A DNA stretch of 63,490 bases, counting the filler, from Choristocarpus tenellus KU-1152 (taxonomy: Eukaryota; Protista; Phaeophyceae), in the NCBI GenBank assembly GCA_964200185.2. It is 13 parts of 13 records of this genome, joined end to end, with 100 filler letters (N's around TTAATTAATTAA, not from the genome) between each part and the next. Parts side by side here need not be neighbours in the genome. Positions count along the whole stretch, not along the records: positions 48,367 to 57,453 come from CAXNAD020003998.1; positions 57,554 to 63,490 come from CAXNAD020009367.1; 11 more parts are not named here. One strand, 5' to 3'. Each line of letters starts with the position of its first letter. Position 1 is the stretch's first letter. Shown here in pieces: positions 52,001-63,490 of this stretch. A program made the position numbers and the translations under genes. The notes below the pieces were generated by a model. The model saw nothing but the letters and a program-made list of their open reading frames with translations, had not been told where the DNA came from and searched no databases.

Positions 52001-55000
52001 TCCTTTTTATATCAACTGAGTGATTATATTCTGTTGTTGAATATGTAGTGAGTGACGTGGTTGAACCGAAGAGGAGATAAATAATTTTAAGAGAAGAAAA
52101 TATCAAGTAATTTATATTTTGAAAACCTCATCAATGTGTATATCAGATAGTAGTTTACAATACATACGAGATGTGGATAGTTTTGATTGGTTTTCCCCCT
52201 GACACATCTCCAAACGTCAGGGTGCATAATAATAAAAATGCATCCATAAACTTACATCTATATACAACTATACTACTACTACTACTACTACTATGTGGAG
52301 TTTGTGGTATTTTTTTCTCGTTATGTTTCTCCTACCCTCCATTATTACATTAAATGACGTATGCAATAATGGAGACTCCGGGGGATCTTTTAGACCTCGT
52401 CATAGTTTTCTCCACTCACCACAGACCTTCACCCCCGAAAAGTTCTTGCTTGTACGCGTGCTCTTACTCAACACTGTTGAAACCTTTAGTAACATAAGTT
52501 TTGGGTGGCAGAGGGGGTGAGGATTTCAGGAGGGAGGGAGTGAAGGCGCATCATACCTATCGCCCTATCTATACACGTAGATGGGTTCGGTGGGTAAGGT
52601 GAGCCTTGACCCAACTCGTGGGACTACTTTCTTGTCCCTATACAGTCCTCTTCATGGTAGTGACACCTAGAGAGTAGTTTCGTCTGTGTGCGTGTTGCGT
52701 ACGTTTCTTGGTTTTGAGATCAAATACAGTTGGTAATCACCAAAAATACATAATGTAGTATTGATTCCCAGAGTGGACGGAGTTGGTTCATTGTTTCCAA
52801 ATAAAAACTCTCACTACGTCGTACGTGTACTGGTGTATTTTGAAGGTCTTTCTTCATTGTGATGCTGTTATATTGTGTTTGATGTGTTCTCTTCCTTCTG
52901 GTGGTCCCGTTTCTTGTCCCCCAATAACATTTATCGAAAGTCTACAACTATTTTAGGAAGCTCAAAATAGAAGTTTGGGGCATGACCTCGACAATAATTG
53001 GGGAGCGAAGCGGAGGAATAGAACAATATTTTTCTCACCCCAATTGATTGATATGTACCGTTTATATATGTATGTGTTAGGACGCTAATATTTTTCGCAT
53101 GTATTGGTGATGTTGAGTTGGTTTACTACACTTACGGGTTTTCTGTTGGAACTGTTAGAGTTGGTTTTCGGAGTTCCGATTTTTTTTTCTCCTATTGTTT
53201 CTACTATTAATTGTACTTCGTTCCCAAACCCATATCGTTTTTTCTTGGGCATTAAGTTGTGTGTACGTTTCCTTTTCTTTGGTTACCCTTCATTCACCAG
53301 TCGGAGACCCACCAGACTAACAATGAGTCTAGGACCAATGGTATGATATTGTGTGTTGGTTCTTGTTCCCCCCCTCGCAGCGTCTGTGAATTGTAAGTAG
53401 CCATGATTTGCTACGTAGTATATGTACCATCTAAAGAAAAATGTGTGATGATGTGATATTATATTGATTGTGATTTATAGATCGTAGTTCTATGCATGAT
53501 GGCATGATGGAGTGTCAAACTTGTTGCAAATAGTTATCACCGAGAAAGATCCAACACATGACAACTTCCTGAAACCCCCCTGCTAAGAAAGGCAAAGAGG
53601 ATATTCCAGTATTAACTATAGAGTAAGATCTGTAGCTTAGAATAAAAAACAAGGGTTTTCAGATGTATTATTGTGTCTGTAGTCTCGAAGGAGATTAATG
53701 GACGAAGATAGCCCTTGTCTTCACTCTTATATCTGTCTTAACATTCCCATTGATTAAGAGTATACGGTAATCTGCTGACCTGACATTCACCATCCTCGTT
53801 GGACCTTTAACTGTCGGAGTATCTCAGGGGTCCTGTACAGGCATCAGTGCCATCTATAGGCCTGTGGATCGGAGCTATATATCCTGCGAAGGTGAGCTTT
53901 GGAGAGCATGTTGCAATATTGCTGGAACACAGTGGGTACTACCTGTTAGAGCTTCCCCTCCTGTCTCCAACCCCCTGGCACAGTCCCCCCCTCTTACCAT
54001 GCACATTCGTGTCCCCTGCAGTACCCCATCCTCGCTATGGAAGGTCAGCCGTAGACCATTATGGTTGTTACATATGAGGCACAGGAGTATTCACTTAATA
54101 GCATCATCACTCAACAGGATTTGTCATAATATGTATGCCTGATTGCTCGTCACCTGAGTGTATTGTATAATTCTGTAGAGGGTCAATTTTGTACACAAAG
54201 TGTAGATAAATTATCCCGGCATCACGTGGAAGGGCCAAGTAAACAGGAGGATGTTGCCATGAACACCCAGGAGAGAAAGGAGGATCATCTTTGTGCCACA
54301 TGTTCGCCTGAGGAGCAGATAAACAGTAGTAACACTAGCAGAGCGTAGTTATACTCCCACGCCCGTCCTTCTGGTTGCATTGATTAGAGTGCGGATCCCT
54401 CAGCTCACGATTACGATGTACTTTGTATAGCTTATCATTGTGTGCGCAACAGATGGGTACATACACATTATATTACAAGAGTGTAGTATTGTGCTAGCCC
54501 TCCTTCCAATGTACAATATCGAAAGTGTGGTTGACCATTTTTGACCAAGAGTGAACCAAGGGATAAATTTCTAAAGAACGAGAGGAACATACTGCTCGAG
54601 AAGGACATTATCGTGCCGATGAAAATAAAGAAACTAGCCATCAAGATTCGAAGAGGCCAAAACTTAGGAAGAATTTATACATGGCAATTGATCCGAAGAA
54701 ACCGAAGAGGGGGGCGTCGCTAAGTATCGAGAGCCCCTTTGACTTCCTAGTGGCATCAATTTATTGGAGCGCACAGTCCACCTCTGTAGAGTGCATTTTG
54801 TCTGTTTTGTGAGTACTTACAGTTTACAGAAGCAATTAATCCTTACCGATACCCTTTTTCGAATGTCTTCGTCTCTCTAAATAAGCAATTAAAAAAAATT
54901 GAAGGAAAAAGTGTCAGGTTTTGTTTTCGGGTTAGTGTATTATATCTCTCATGTAATGTGTGGACGGAATCTGGAGGTGTATACGAATGGTTATTGGTCA

Positions 55001-55649
55001 AGGTCTATTGTCGTAGGTTTCTCTGAAAGTATTTCAAGATATACTTCAGAGGTTCAGGGTTAGTGCTGTGCTTAGGGGCATCGTGCGTGGACTTTGTATA
55101 TGATCCTCCAAGATTCGAAGGAGGACGAGATCGGTTCTAGTTTGTCGACACTTGGACAAAGCATGAAATGGTGCATCGAGTATTGAGAAGAAGGGGGGAG
55201 GTGCGTTATAGCGTTCAAGAAAGAATTAAAGACAGTGTATCCATCGCAGGCCCTGGTGAATTGTTTGGAAAGGTTAGCTGAGAAGATGGAGAAGAAGTTG
55301 TTTGATTGATGTATTATATTTTAGTTGTCTAAACCTTGTGGCAGACACGCTCTTTTAAACAAATAATCACACAGGTCTAATCCTCAACGTGAGTATTATA
55401 TATAACTACGCTGACGACTCTGACTGGTAACAATGTATCCGATACCACTGTCTAAATGCATAACTCATGGAATGGAAAGTACGTGAACATGGTAGTCGGA
55501 CACCAAGGCAAGGTACACTGGTGCATAAATCAGTTTACCTGTAACTCTATCCGTACTTCAACAATAAACTGAAACGACTGAAGCCCTATTTCAATTGGTG
55601 GGCGGACTCGAAATTGCATTCGTCACCCTTCTCCCACTACTCTGTGAGC

Positions 55650-57270
55650 TTAGGGTATGCCTCTACAAGAAGGTGCCATAGATTTAGGCGTGTGGAGTAC
55701 CTGGTGTTCCAAGGTTTGGGCTGCACGAGGCTCAAGAAATAGCCTTCCTCGCCTGGAGTGCTTCCACATGCTCGGGACGAAATGTGTTACCTGGCTTCCC
55801 TCCATGATCACCGAGTTTAGCCTGTGTGGGCTCGTGGACGTAGCATTCACCCCCGAAAACAAAAGAAACGGTCCCTTTACCGGCCTTGATGATCCTGAAC
55901 CCATCGTCGTGTATGACTTGGGTGAGGATTTGAGTCTGCACTCGATACTGTGAAGAAGCAGGTTTTGTTGCCGGTAATAGGAACTCGGTAACGCACGCCT
56001 CCATGAAGGCTTCGGTGATCCCCACATCGGATGCATCACCGGAGTCGGCCGCATCCTGTGTGACACAATCCTCATCACCATGAGATGACGTTTAGTTGTC
56101 ATCATCATACCTCGAGGTAGATGAACACGGATTTACCACGAATCTGCTCATTTTGACAGAAGCAAAGGCGTTTGCGAAGAAGCCAGGTTCTTAAGCGCTG
56201 CCATGAGGACCACGAGGCTGTTTGAAGGGTCTCCTCCGTCCACCACCTTCTCCCACCCTCTTCTTCCTAATTAGCGTCCTTTTCCCCTTTCCTTTGCCCC
56301 TCTTGGAAGACTTTTCCCTCAGGGTTGGGGTAGGATCAGCATGGACGCGGTTCTCACTTCACCTCACAGTATGGTCGTAGGTATTACCTGGCACTTGTGA
56401 CTTGTCGCCGCCACTGCCCACCGAATGGGCGTTTAGGGACGTTCCGGGGTCACTCCCAACAGTCGTGGACTCTGAGTCCGTGCCTGAATGCCCACCCACG
56501 TCCTCCTGTACAAGTTCCTCTGGACCTGACAAAGCGTCACAATCGGGTCAGTCCCCATCGCCTTCAGAGTCTTCTCTCAACCTCCTCTTCCCAATTATTG
56601 TCATTTTCCTCTTTCCGTTACCTTTCACGGAAGGCTTGTTCCTCAGCGTTGTGGTTGAATGAGCATGGGCATGGTTCTTACTTCGCCCCACAGTATCGTG
56701 GTAGGTGTTCCCTGGTACCTTGGACTTGTCACTGCCGCTGCCCACCGAATGGGCGATTAGGGACATACATGGGTCACTCCTGACAGGCGTGGACTCTGAG
56801 TCCCTGCCTAGCCGCCCCCTCACATCCTCCTGTGCAAGTTCCTCTGGACCTGACAAAGCGTTACAAATGGGTCGGTCCCTATGGCCTTCTCAGTCGTGTT
56901 CCGGGGGTGTGATTGTCTCCTCCCTCGTAGAGTCCTGCTTCCCGTACCTACTGCAGGGCTAGGCGATGGGATATCTTGTTCCTCTTCATCACCTGGTGGG
57001 TTGGGCCTTCCACAAGGTATAGGCGTGGATACACCACCAGCTACCGGTGTCTTCACCGGTGCAAAATTGCGGAAGGTGGAGAGTTCATCCATCAAGAGTT
57101 TGATACGATCCGGATCGAGGTTGTCCTCGAGGGCGGTGCATGTGATTACTGTGCCTCCTGGTCGGGTCTGGAGAAAGGCGACTTCTCTCTCTTGGGTGGC
57201 GTTCGTTTCGGACTTGAACTTGTCAAGGTCGTGCTCGGACATGTCATTTTTGTCTGGCGTGATCACTATG
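55650..57270 (-). pseudogene. Decayed intronless ORF with an internal 324-bp tandem duplication, probably transposon-derived
   Basis: ORF pieces 56820-57338, 56548-56856 and 55732-56025 join across a frameshift and stops; ~56255-56570 is duplicated at ~56580-56890. No family recognised. Confidence 0.45.
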
Positions 57271-57397
57271 TGACTCGTGTTATCTCTGTGATGGGGGAGG
57301 AGTAGGCAAAGGACGTGGCGAAGTAGGAGGGAAAACAATGGGAGGAGGTGTTAGCGTCAGGAGGCAAGGGATGAAATAGAGGTTGGTAAGAAGGAGT

Positions 57398-57453
57398 GAC
57401 TCAAAGTATCTGGGAGGGGGTGGCGGCTGTCCATTTGGGGTCAATTTTTTCAT
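57398..57453 (+). mobile_element. MITE family A, 5' part at contig end
   Basis: GACTCAAAGTATCTGGGAGGGGGTGGCGGCTGTCCATTTGGGG. Confidence 0.85.
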
Positions 57454-57553
57454 NNNNNNNNNNNNNNNNNNNNNNNNNNNNNNNNNNNNNNNNNNNNTTA
57501 ATTAATTAANNNNNNNNNNNNNNNNNNNNNNNNNNNNNNNNNNNNNNNNNNNN

Positions 57554-60500
57554 ACATAATCCGGATGTACTATCTCATTAATTACATCACATGGGCTCAA
57601 CTCAACACAATAATCTCATATACACAAAATAAGGTAAACCTCACTATTGTCCTATTTTGCACAGTCGCACCCACATTGAATTCAATACCCACATCAATGA
57701 AATATATTGCGTCATCAGTCACTAGTTGTGATACAAGTAAGCGACTACTTGTAACGTTTCGCATTATCCTACACTTTCTCTAAAGACAATGAAATCAAGA
57801 GTCATTCGTCACCCCTCGTCTCGCCCCCCTCGCCCCTCATGATACAAGACGGCAACCCCTTGGGTTGTGCAATCCTATACTTAATACCAACCGTTAAAGC
57901 ATTTCCTGGCTCATGTATGGCGGATAGGAATGATAAATACAGCAATGTTGCCAAACGTTGTAGAGGAGCGATCATTCTTAAACAGGGAGGCGACAATCAA
58001 CCCCAAACCCACCATGTTTGATTTTAATCGACCCCTGTCTATCCGTAAGTATGAAAGAGCAGTTGTGGGTTTACCAACTAAAAACTGTTGTATTCTGACT
58101 CTACTTGTATAATACTGGAGATCTCCGATGCAACTGGAGGAGTCTACTTGAGCACCCTATTTATAGCTCAAACAAATCTGGGCGGTCACTGGGCTGCTTA
58201 GCCTTTAAAATCCAACAGGGTCAATGCCGCTGAGAAATAACACAAAATCTAAGACTATTACACATAGGTAGCTCTATAAGTTCAGCAAAACCTCATCATG
58301 CAAATATGACTTTCCGAGTCAGATGAGCTTGATACAGTTGGCGTCTAATTCGAAAACCAATTCGATCGAATGCATACACACACTGTTGTTAAATAAAATT
58401 AATTGTAGGGGTGCGGTGTGATGTAGGAGTAGAGATTGGTATTGTGAGAGTGTATTCGGGGAGTGTGGGTATTATGGGAGCGTGACTATGAGCTGATAGT
58501 CCATGCAGGTGATTACATTATTGCGCTTTATAATGTAAGGCATGAAGGAGATACAGACTTCATGGAGTGTAATATATGCTTGTGTAGGAATACAGAGTAA
58601 GATAAGGAGAAAAAGTAAACGAGAGGTACCCAGGTTTTGACTGTTTTTCCTTTTAGGCCACTTTTTCATCTTTTGCTGTTCACCCTTCTTTCTATGGATG
58701 AAATACTGAGATTGGCTTGAGAGCATTGATATCTCAATTGCTGAAAATGTTCGACAGAATTAATAAAATTCCTCCACACATTTGTAGAAAAAGACGAATT
58801 TGTACGTATTTGTTAGCATCCTTAACCTGGGTATCTCTCATTTATTTGCTCTGACTCAAGGTTGTATTGTGATATTTGTGTTGTTCCTTAGAAGGTTGCT
58901 AGTAACCAGGCCAGCTGTCTGGCGAGGTGTACTGGTTGTCGCTTATCCAGATGGTGGCATACACCATTTCGTTATGCTTGTAGTGGAAGGTTTGGAGGAT
59001 GCTTGGAGAACGTGCATTAAACCTTTTGTCCTCATCCTACTAAGAGTATTGATAGCAGTGGTGGGGGACTGAAATGTATCCCTCAGGAAGACCATTGCCT
59101 CAGCCCTGTCTGGTAGGTATTTCGTCATAATGACAAGGTACAAACGACCTAAAGTCTGACAACGAGAGAGACAGCGGTGTATCCCTGCTCTTCAGTAGAG
59201 AACCCCTTATAAGGCATCTAACTGTTAAATGCCACAAACCTACACCCTGAAGTTTGTGGATGGTCAGCCAGGCAGAAGCATCGACGGTAACTGTGTGGTG
59301 GTAAAGGAACCATGGCAGCCGTGACTCTTGCAACCGATACAAATACATGCCTATCCGTGTAGGGTTGCAAGAACATTCCAGCGCCATCACCAGCACCAGT
59401 GTGTCATAGTATCTCGATAACCATATTTCGTCCATGTTGTGTATGGTGAATGTGTTGGTCGTCAGTAAGACGATTATTGTGGCATGTTTCCGAGCCTACA
59501 AACCACCCGGTGATTTTCAACACAGGTGGCATTCACTATCCCCTTTGGTTGGTTGAAGTTGGTCGTAATAGCAATCTGGACGGAGGAGAGGATTTGATGT
59601 GAATATGAGAGGGATATGCAAGGAGGAGGAGGGAGTATACATAGTTGGAGTTTGTATTGTGTTTGATGCATGTGCTCTCACCTTGAGACCAAAACGTAAG
59701 ATGAGCTGAGGGGGCATGTCTCTATACTCCATGATAGTGATGTGTCTGTGGTGCAATGTGGTCTGAGCTCCACGCCTGTGGAGGTAAACAATCTTGCGTG
59801 GACAAAGAAGTAGGTCTCCCGACGTACACGGAGGTTGCGTTCATGTTCCTTTTTCACCCCACGGCAATGCCACACAGGTTTGTTTCGTGTGGTTTTGCTT
59901 TCTTGGAAGCGAGCGATACATGGCATGTCAGACTGTACCATGTGTTTGTTGGTTGTTTATACCTATGTCGTCATTGTTAGTGAAGCCATCTATCCATGAC
60001 ACCAGTATGAAGTTCAACATATACTTGCTGAAAGTTAGGGTGCAAGGCTCACCTAGTATATTCTCGCAGCTCTGTAACTGGCAATGGGTCTTAATGACGA
60101 ATTCTTAAACACCACTATGAGCTTGAAGTCCTAGATTTTACATGTTATGTTTCTTGATATTTCATGGATTATTTTGTCATTGTGAGACCTTTCAATAGTG
60201 TCTTGTTGCTTTTTATGCCTCAAACAAATCATAAAGATAATGAATTGAAGTGAGATATCCAGTGTACTTGGCTAAAGTACGTTCTGGCGCCGTCTTCAAG
60301 CTTCATTATCTGCTCACAGGCTTGTGGATTGGAGTCACAATCCTATCAAGGTATTCTACTGAGAGCTAGGCCTGCTACAATGATCTACACTAGGTGTATT
60401 AGCATGGCGTTTGGAACAGCTCATTAATTTATAATTTGGATCATCACACCAAGAGAGTGTAGACGGGCCAATTGCCGTAGACCGTAGCAAAAAGACGTGG

Positions 60501-60642
60501 TGGGGCTGGTGGTGTGCAAAATAGGACAATGGTGAGGTGTACCTTATTTTGTGTATGAGAGATGTAACTAATGAGATAGTACATCCGGATTATGAATGGG
60601 ATTCCGTGTAAGTTATTATTCTACATTCAACTACTTTGACAC
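57554..60642. mobile_element. ~3-kb long-TIR DNA transposon relic (left tip lost at contig start)
   Basis: 57555-57674 is an inverted copy of 60500-60594. The right end ..CTACTTTGACAC (60642) reads GTGTCAAAGTA inward, like the MITE-B terminus at 24625. The interior holds decayed coding-like sequence. Confidence 0.65.
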
Positions 60643-62821
60643 AACCGTTGACTTAGGTAGGAAGCACAAATATTAATAAAACAAGCAATGAGAAGACACC
60701 CCACAAAGGTCACTCTTCTATTTTCAACCATGTAATCACGTTCAGCAATGGGAACCGTGTGAGGCTCCACACCTGCTTGTCTTCACTACTGATTAATAGC
60801 ATTACCTCTCAAGGTAAATCGCACAGGTGGGACTTGGCAATATCTCCTATGACCAAGATAACACATCGTCCAGAAGGGAGTTTGTGTTTCTCGAGTGTGG
60901 GTGGAGCTCTGCGCAATATTCTATCAGCTGAAGGCAAAAGATGAGTAACCGCTGATGTATGAGATTAGGATGTGTGAGGAACTCGGTGTGAGGTGTTGGT
61001 AACTTTGTGGTAGGAAGCTGTAATCAATTTGTGTAGTACTATTATTTTGGAGTAGTGTATGAATCAATAGTTGCTACAGCACATATACACCCACAACGTA
61101 GTGGGAAGAGCCGCGAACCACTATGTATATACTACATCAATCACGACAACAGGTATGGCAAGGAGGGCGGAACATAGTGGGCTTGTCCGATCAATGCCAG
61201 TTTAGAGTGCGTTCGAAAGGCGAAGAAAGCGGTGCGGCGTCTCTCCACCAACATTGCCTGCAGTCGCTTGTGTTGTCCCTGTGATGGTGGCGATGTCTTG
61301 CTGATGGAGCAGTATGCCCGTATATGGAAACGTGCGAGGTGTCACTTTCCGAAGCCTGCATGCCATCTGATATAGTGCAGACCGGAATTTTGTTGAAAAT
61401 TTGACATGGCATGTTCCCTCTGTGATGACCAAAGTTAATGGAGGGCAGGAGCCTCCAGTCAAGAAGCACCAAGGTCGTACCCTGACCAGCTAGTGACGTT
61501 TTGAGCGGATCAGGGGCCATGCAATACAGAGCCAATCGATCATCAGGGTTGTCCTCTGCCTCTCCCTCAATCTGTCTCAAGCAAGAGGATTGGATGTCAT
61601 GAATGGTGGCGGTGATTCTTTCTCCTCCTACCGTGTCATTTAAGGCCGTCCAAGCCAATCACCACTAGGACCCAAAGAAAGTTAATTATTGCAAACATCA
61701 TCTTGATCTCTCAGCCGTTAGATATGACCGATTCTGGACTGGCTGGGACCGTACACACAATGCCTCGGGAAAATTGCCTGCATCTTTGCTAGTCTACTCC
61801 AACAGTAGGGGTGGTATGTATTCGAGGCTTTCACTACATGCTCATGTACTGTATGTTTCTTCCCCAAGATCTGACAAGGAAGTCACAGAAGTCTTCTACT
61901 ACCATCACCTACTTATTCACAAGTCTTTCTACGACGCAGATGATCTCCTGGATGCAGTGATGAATCTTAAGTATACCTTTGAGCAGTAGTGCCAGCTAAG
62001 TGATGTCTTTGGCGACAGTTGACTTTATTGAAGGAACACTGTACACAGTCAGCAAGGGTTGCAAACATGCTTGAGCATACCAGAGTTGGAGAATCAGTAC
62101 CACATCTTTATGTGGGTCAATAGATCAATCCATCAGCATAATGAGTCCACGTAAATGAGAGGTACCCAGAGTTGCATTTGAAGGAATGCCAGAGATTGTG
62201 TACAAAATTCGACTTGTTTACAAATTGCGTATAGGATCTTTTCCAAATTGTGTCGAAACGTTTCAAACAATAGAAAAATCGGCCCTCTCCAAGTCAAACA
62301 TAACACTTCATCCATAGAAACATGGGTGAATTGTAATAGATTGAAAAACTGTCTTCAAATGTAAAACGGTCAACAACTGGGCACCTCTCTGTTACTTTGG
62401 CTCAACAATATTGTTCTGCTTATCATCATGGCAGATGAGGGAGGGGTGAGTGCGCCGGACAATGTACTGACTACACAAGCAAAACCAACATCGACAAAGA
62501 AGAGAAGAAGCATAGCAATGCGGGGAACAGCCTGGAAGTCAATGGCAAAGTTGACATAATGGCCGTGAAATTTGTCCCCAACAACAAAGGAGGAAGGTCA
62601 CAAGTTTTCAACTTCTTTCATAGGTGTTGGCAAGTGTTTCAAATTGAGGGTTAAATGCCACTTCAGCCGTTCTCAATGCTCATTCTCCTCTGCTGGTAGG
62701 ATAGGTGACCGCAGGCACAGCAACCGCAGACTTTATTTGTGGTTGATGATAGTTGGGTGCTTCCATTTTGTGGGGATGACTGTGGTGTGGAAGCAGTGTA
62801 TCATAGTTATGGTGGAGACCA

Positions 62822-62997
62822 GGCTCAAAGTATCTGGGAGGGGGTGGAGGCTGTCCATTTGGGGTCAATTTTTTTATGTCGCGATTTTTGGGTGATTTGG
62901 GTTTCATACGTCGGATACTGTAAATGCACTTTTCCTGATCTTGGTCCAAATGGACACCCTGGTCTAGACCCCCCCCCCCTCCCAGATACTTTGGGTC
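62822..62997 (+). mobile_element. MITE family A, full copy (176 bp)
   Basis: TIRs GGCTCAAAGTATCTGGGAGGGG / CCCCTCCCAGATACTTTGGGTC; 4-bp TSD ACCA. Confidence 0.92.
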
Positions 62998-63169
62998 ACC
63001 ATTGCAGCACCCTGTGTATAATGTAGTGTTTTTGCCACGCCTTCTGGCTGGAGGTTCTCCCCTATCTATGTGAGCTTAGGGTAGAGTGGTACATAGTGTG
63101 CTGTTTTCTCGTTTTTAAGCTTATGTTCGTGTTGCTTGTGTCTCTCCGGACACTGCACTGACTAAAGTC

Positions 63170-63490
63170 TTGGTAGGACCTCCATTTTACAGCGGGCTCC
63201 AGAACTCACCTCCACAGGATGTATAGCTCCAATCTACAGGCCTATAGATTATACTGATGCACGTATAGGACTCCTGATGCACAAATCGTCAAGTATGCTG
63301 GATCTCTCACTTGGATTATCATCAATATCATCGTATAAAAATGAGCTGGTCAACGATGTCTTATCACAATCGGGGACCATAATGACCAAATAATAAATAA
63401 TCAAGAAGTACAAATATATAAAATCTAGGACTTCAAGGTCATAATGGTGTTCATGAAACCGCCATCAAGACATATCGCCTGTGACATGCC
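63170..63490 (-). repeat. Dispersed decayed coding repeat, copy 3 of 3
   Basis: Aligns with 22900-23270 (e.g. CTAGGACTTCAAG.TCATAATGG..GCCATCAAGACATATCGCCTGT). Confidence 0.75.

Noticed and set aside
60085-60135. LNDEFLN / CLDGDF read as a Ulp1 WLNDE or KDZ LDGNF motif
   Set aside because: That frame stops at a TAG shared by all three copies, and substitutions favour a different frame.

Overview
This is eukaryotic DNA, not a prokaryotic locus. It consists of 13 short contigs joined by identical artificial 100-nt spacers (44 N + TTAATTAATTAA + 44 N), so adjacency across spacers means nothing. GT-AG introns, an ASAF-type bipartite plastid presequence and interstitial TTAGGG repeats suggest a photosynthetic stramenopile, probably a brown alga (inference). 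Recognisable host exons: a HIL1-like class-3 lipase head-to-head with CLP1, S-adenosylmethionine decarboxylase, a PrmA-like methyltransferase, and two or three multi-exon genes of unknown function. The rest is mostly transposon debris: two copies of a Ty3/gypsy-like element, a Ty1/copia inserted into one of them, three related MITE families (16 copies or fragments), two long-TIR elements and many minisatellites. Two signals stand out. (1) Both gypsy copies keep gag and pro/pol in one frame separated by a single TGA, followed 7 nt later by a conserved 8-9 bp stem-loop, a candidate stop-codon readthrough signal; this Gag carries a CCCH finger rather than a CCHC knuckle. (2) An unclassified group of TIR elements shares G-N-N-Y-C-AAA termini, yet its families make 4-bp versus 3-bp target-site duplications, two different families are both about 259 bp, and a ~3-kb relative carries unidentified coding remnants.
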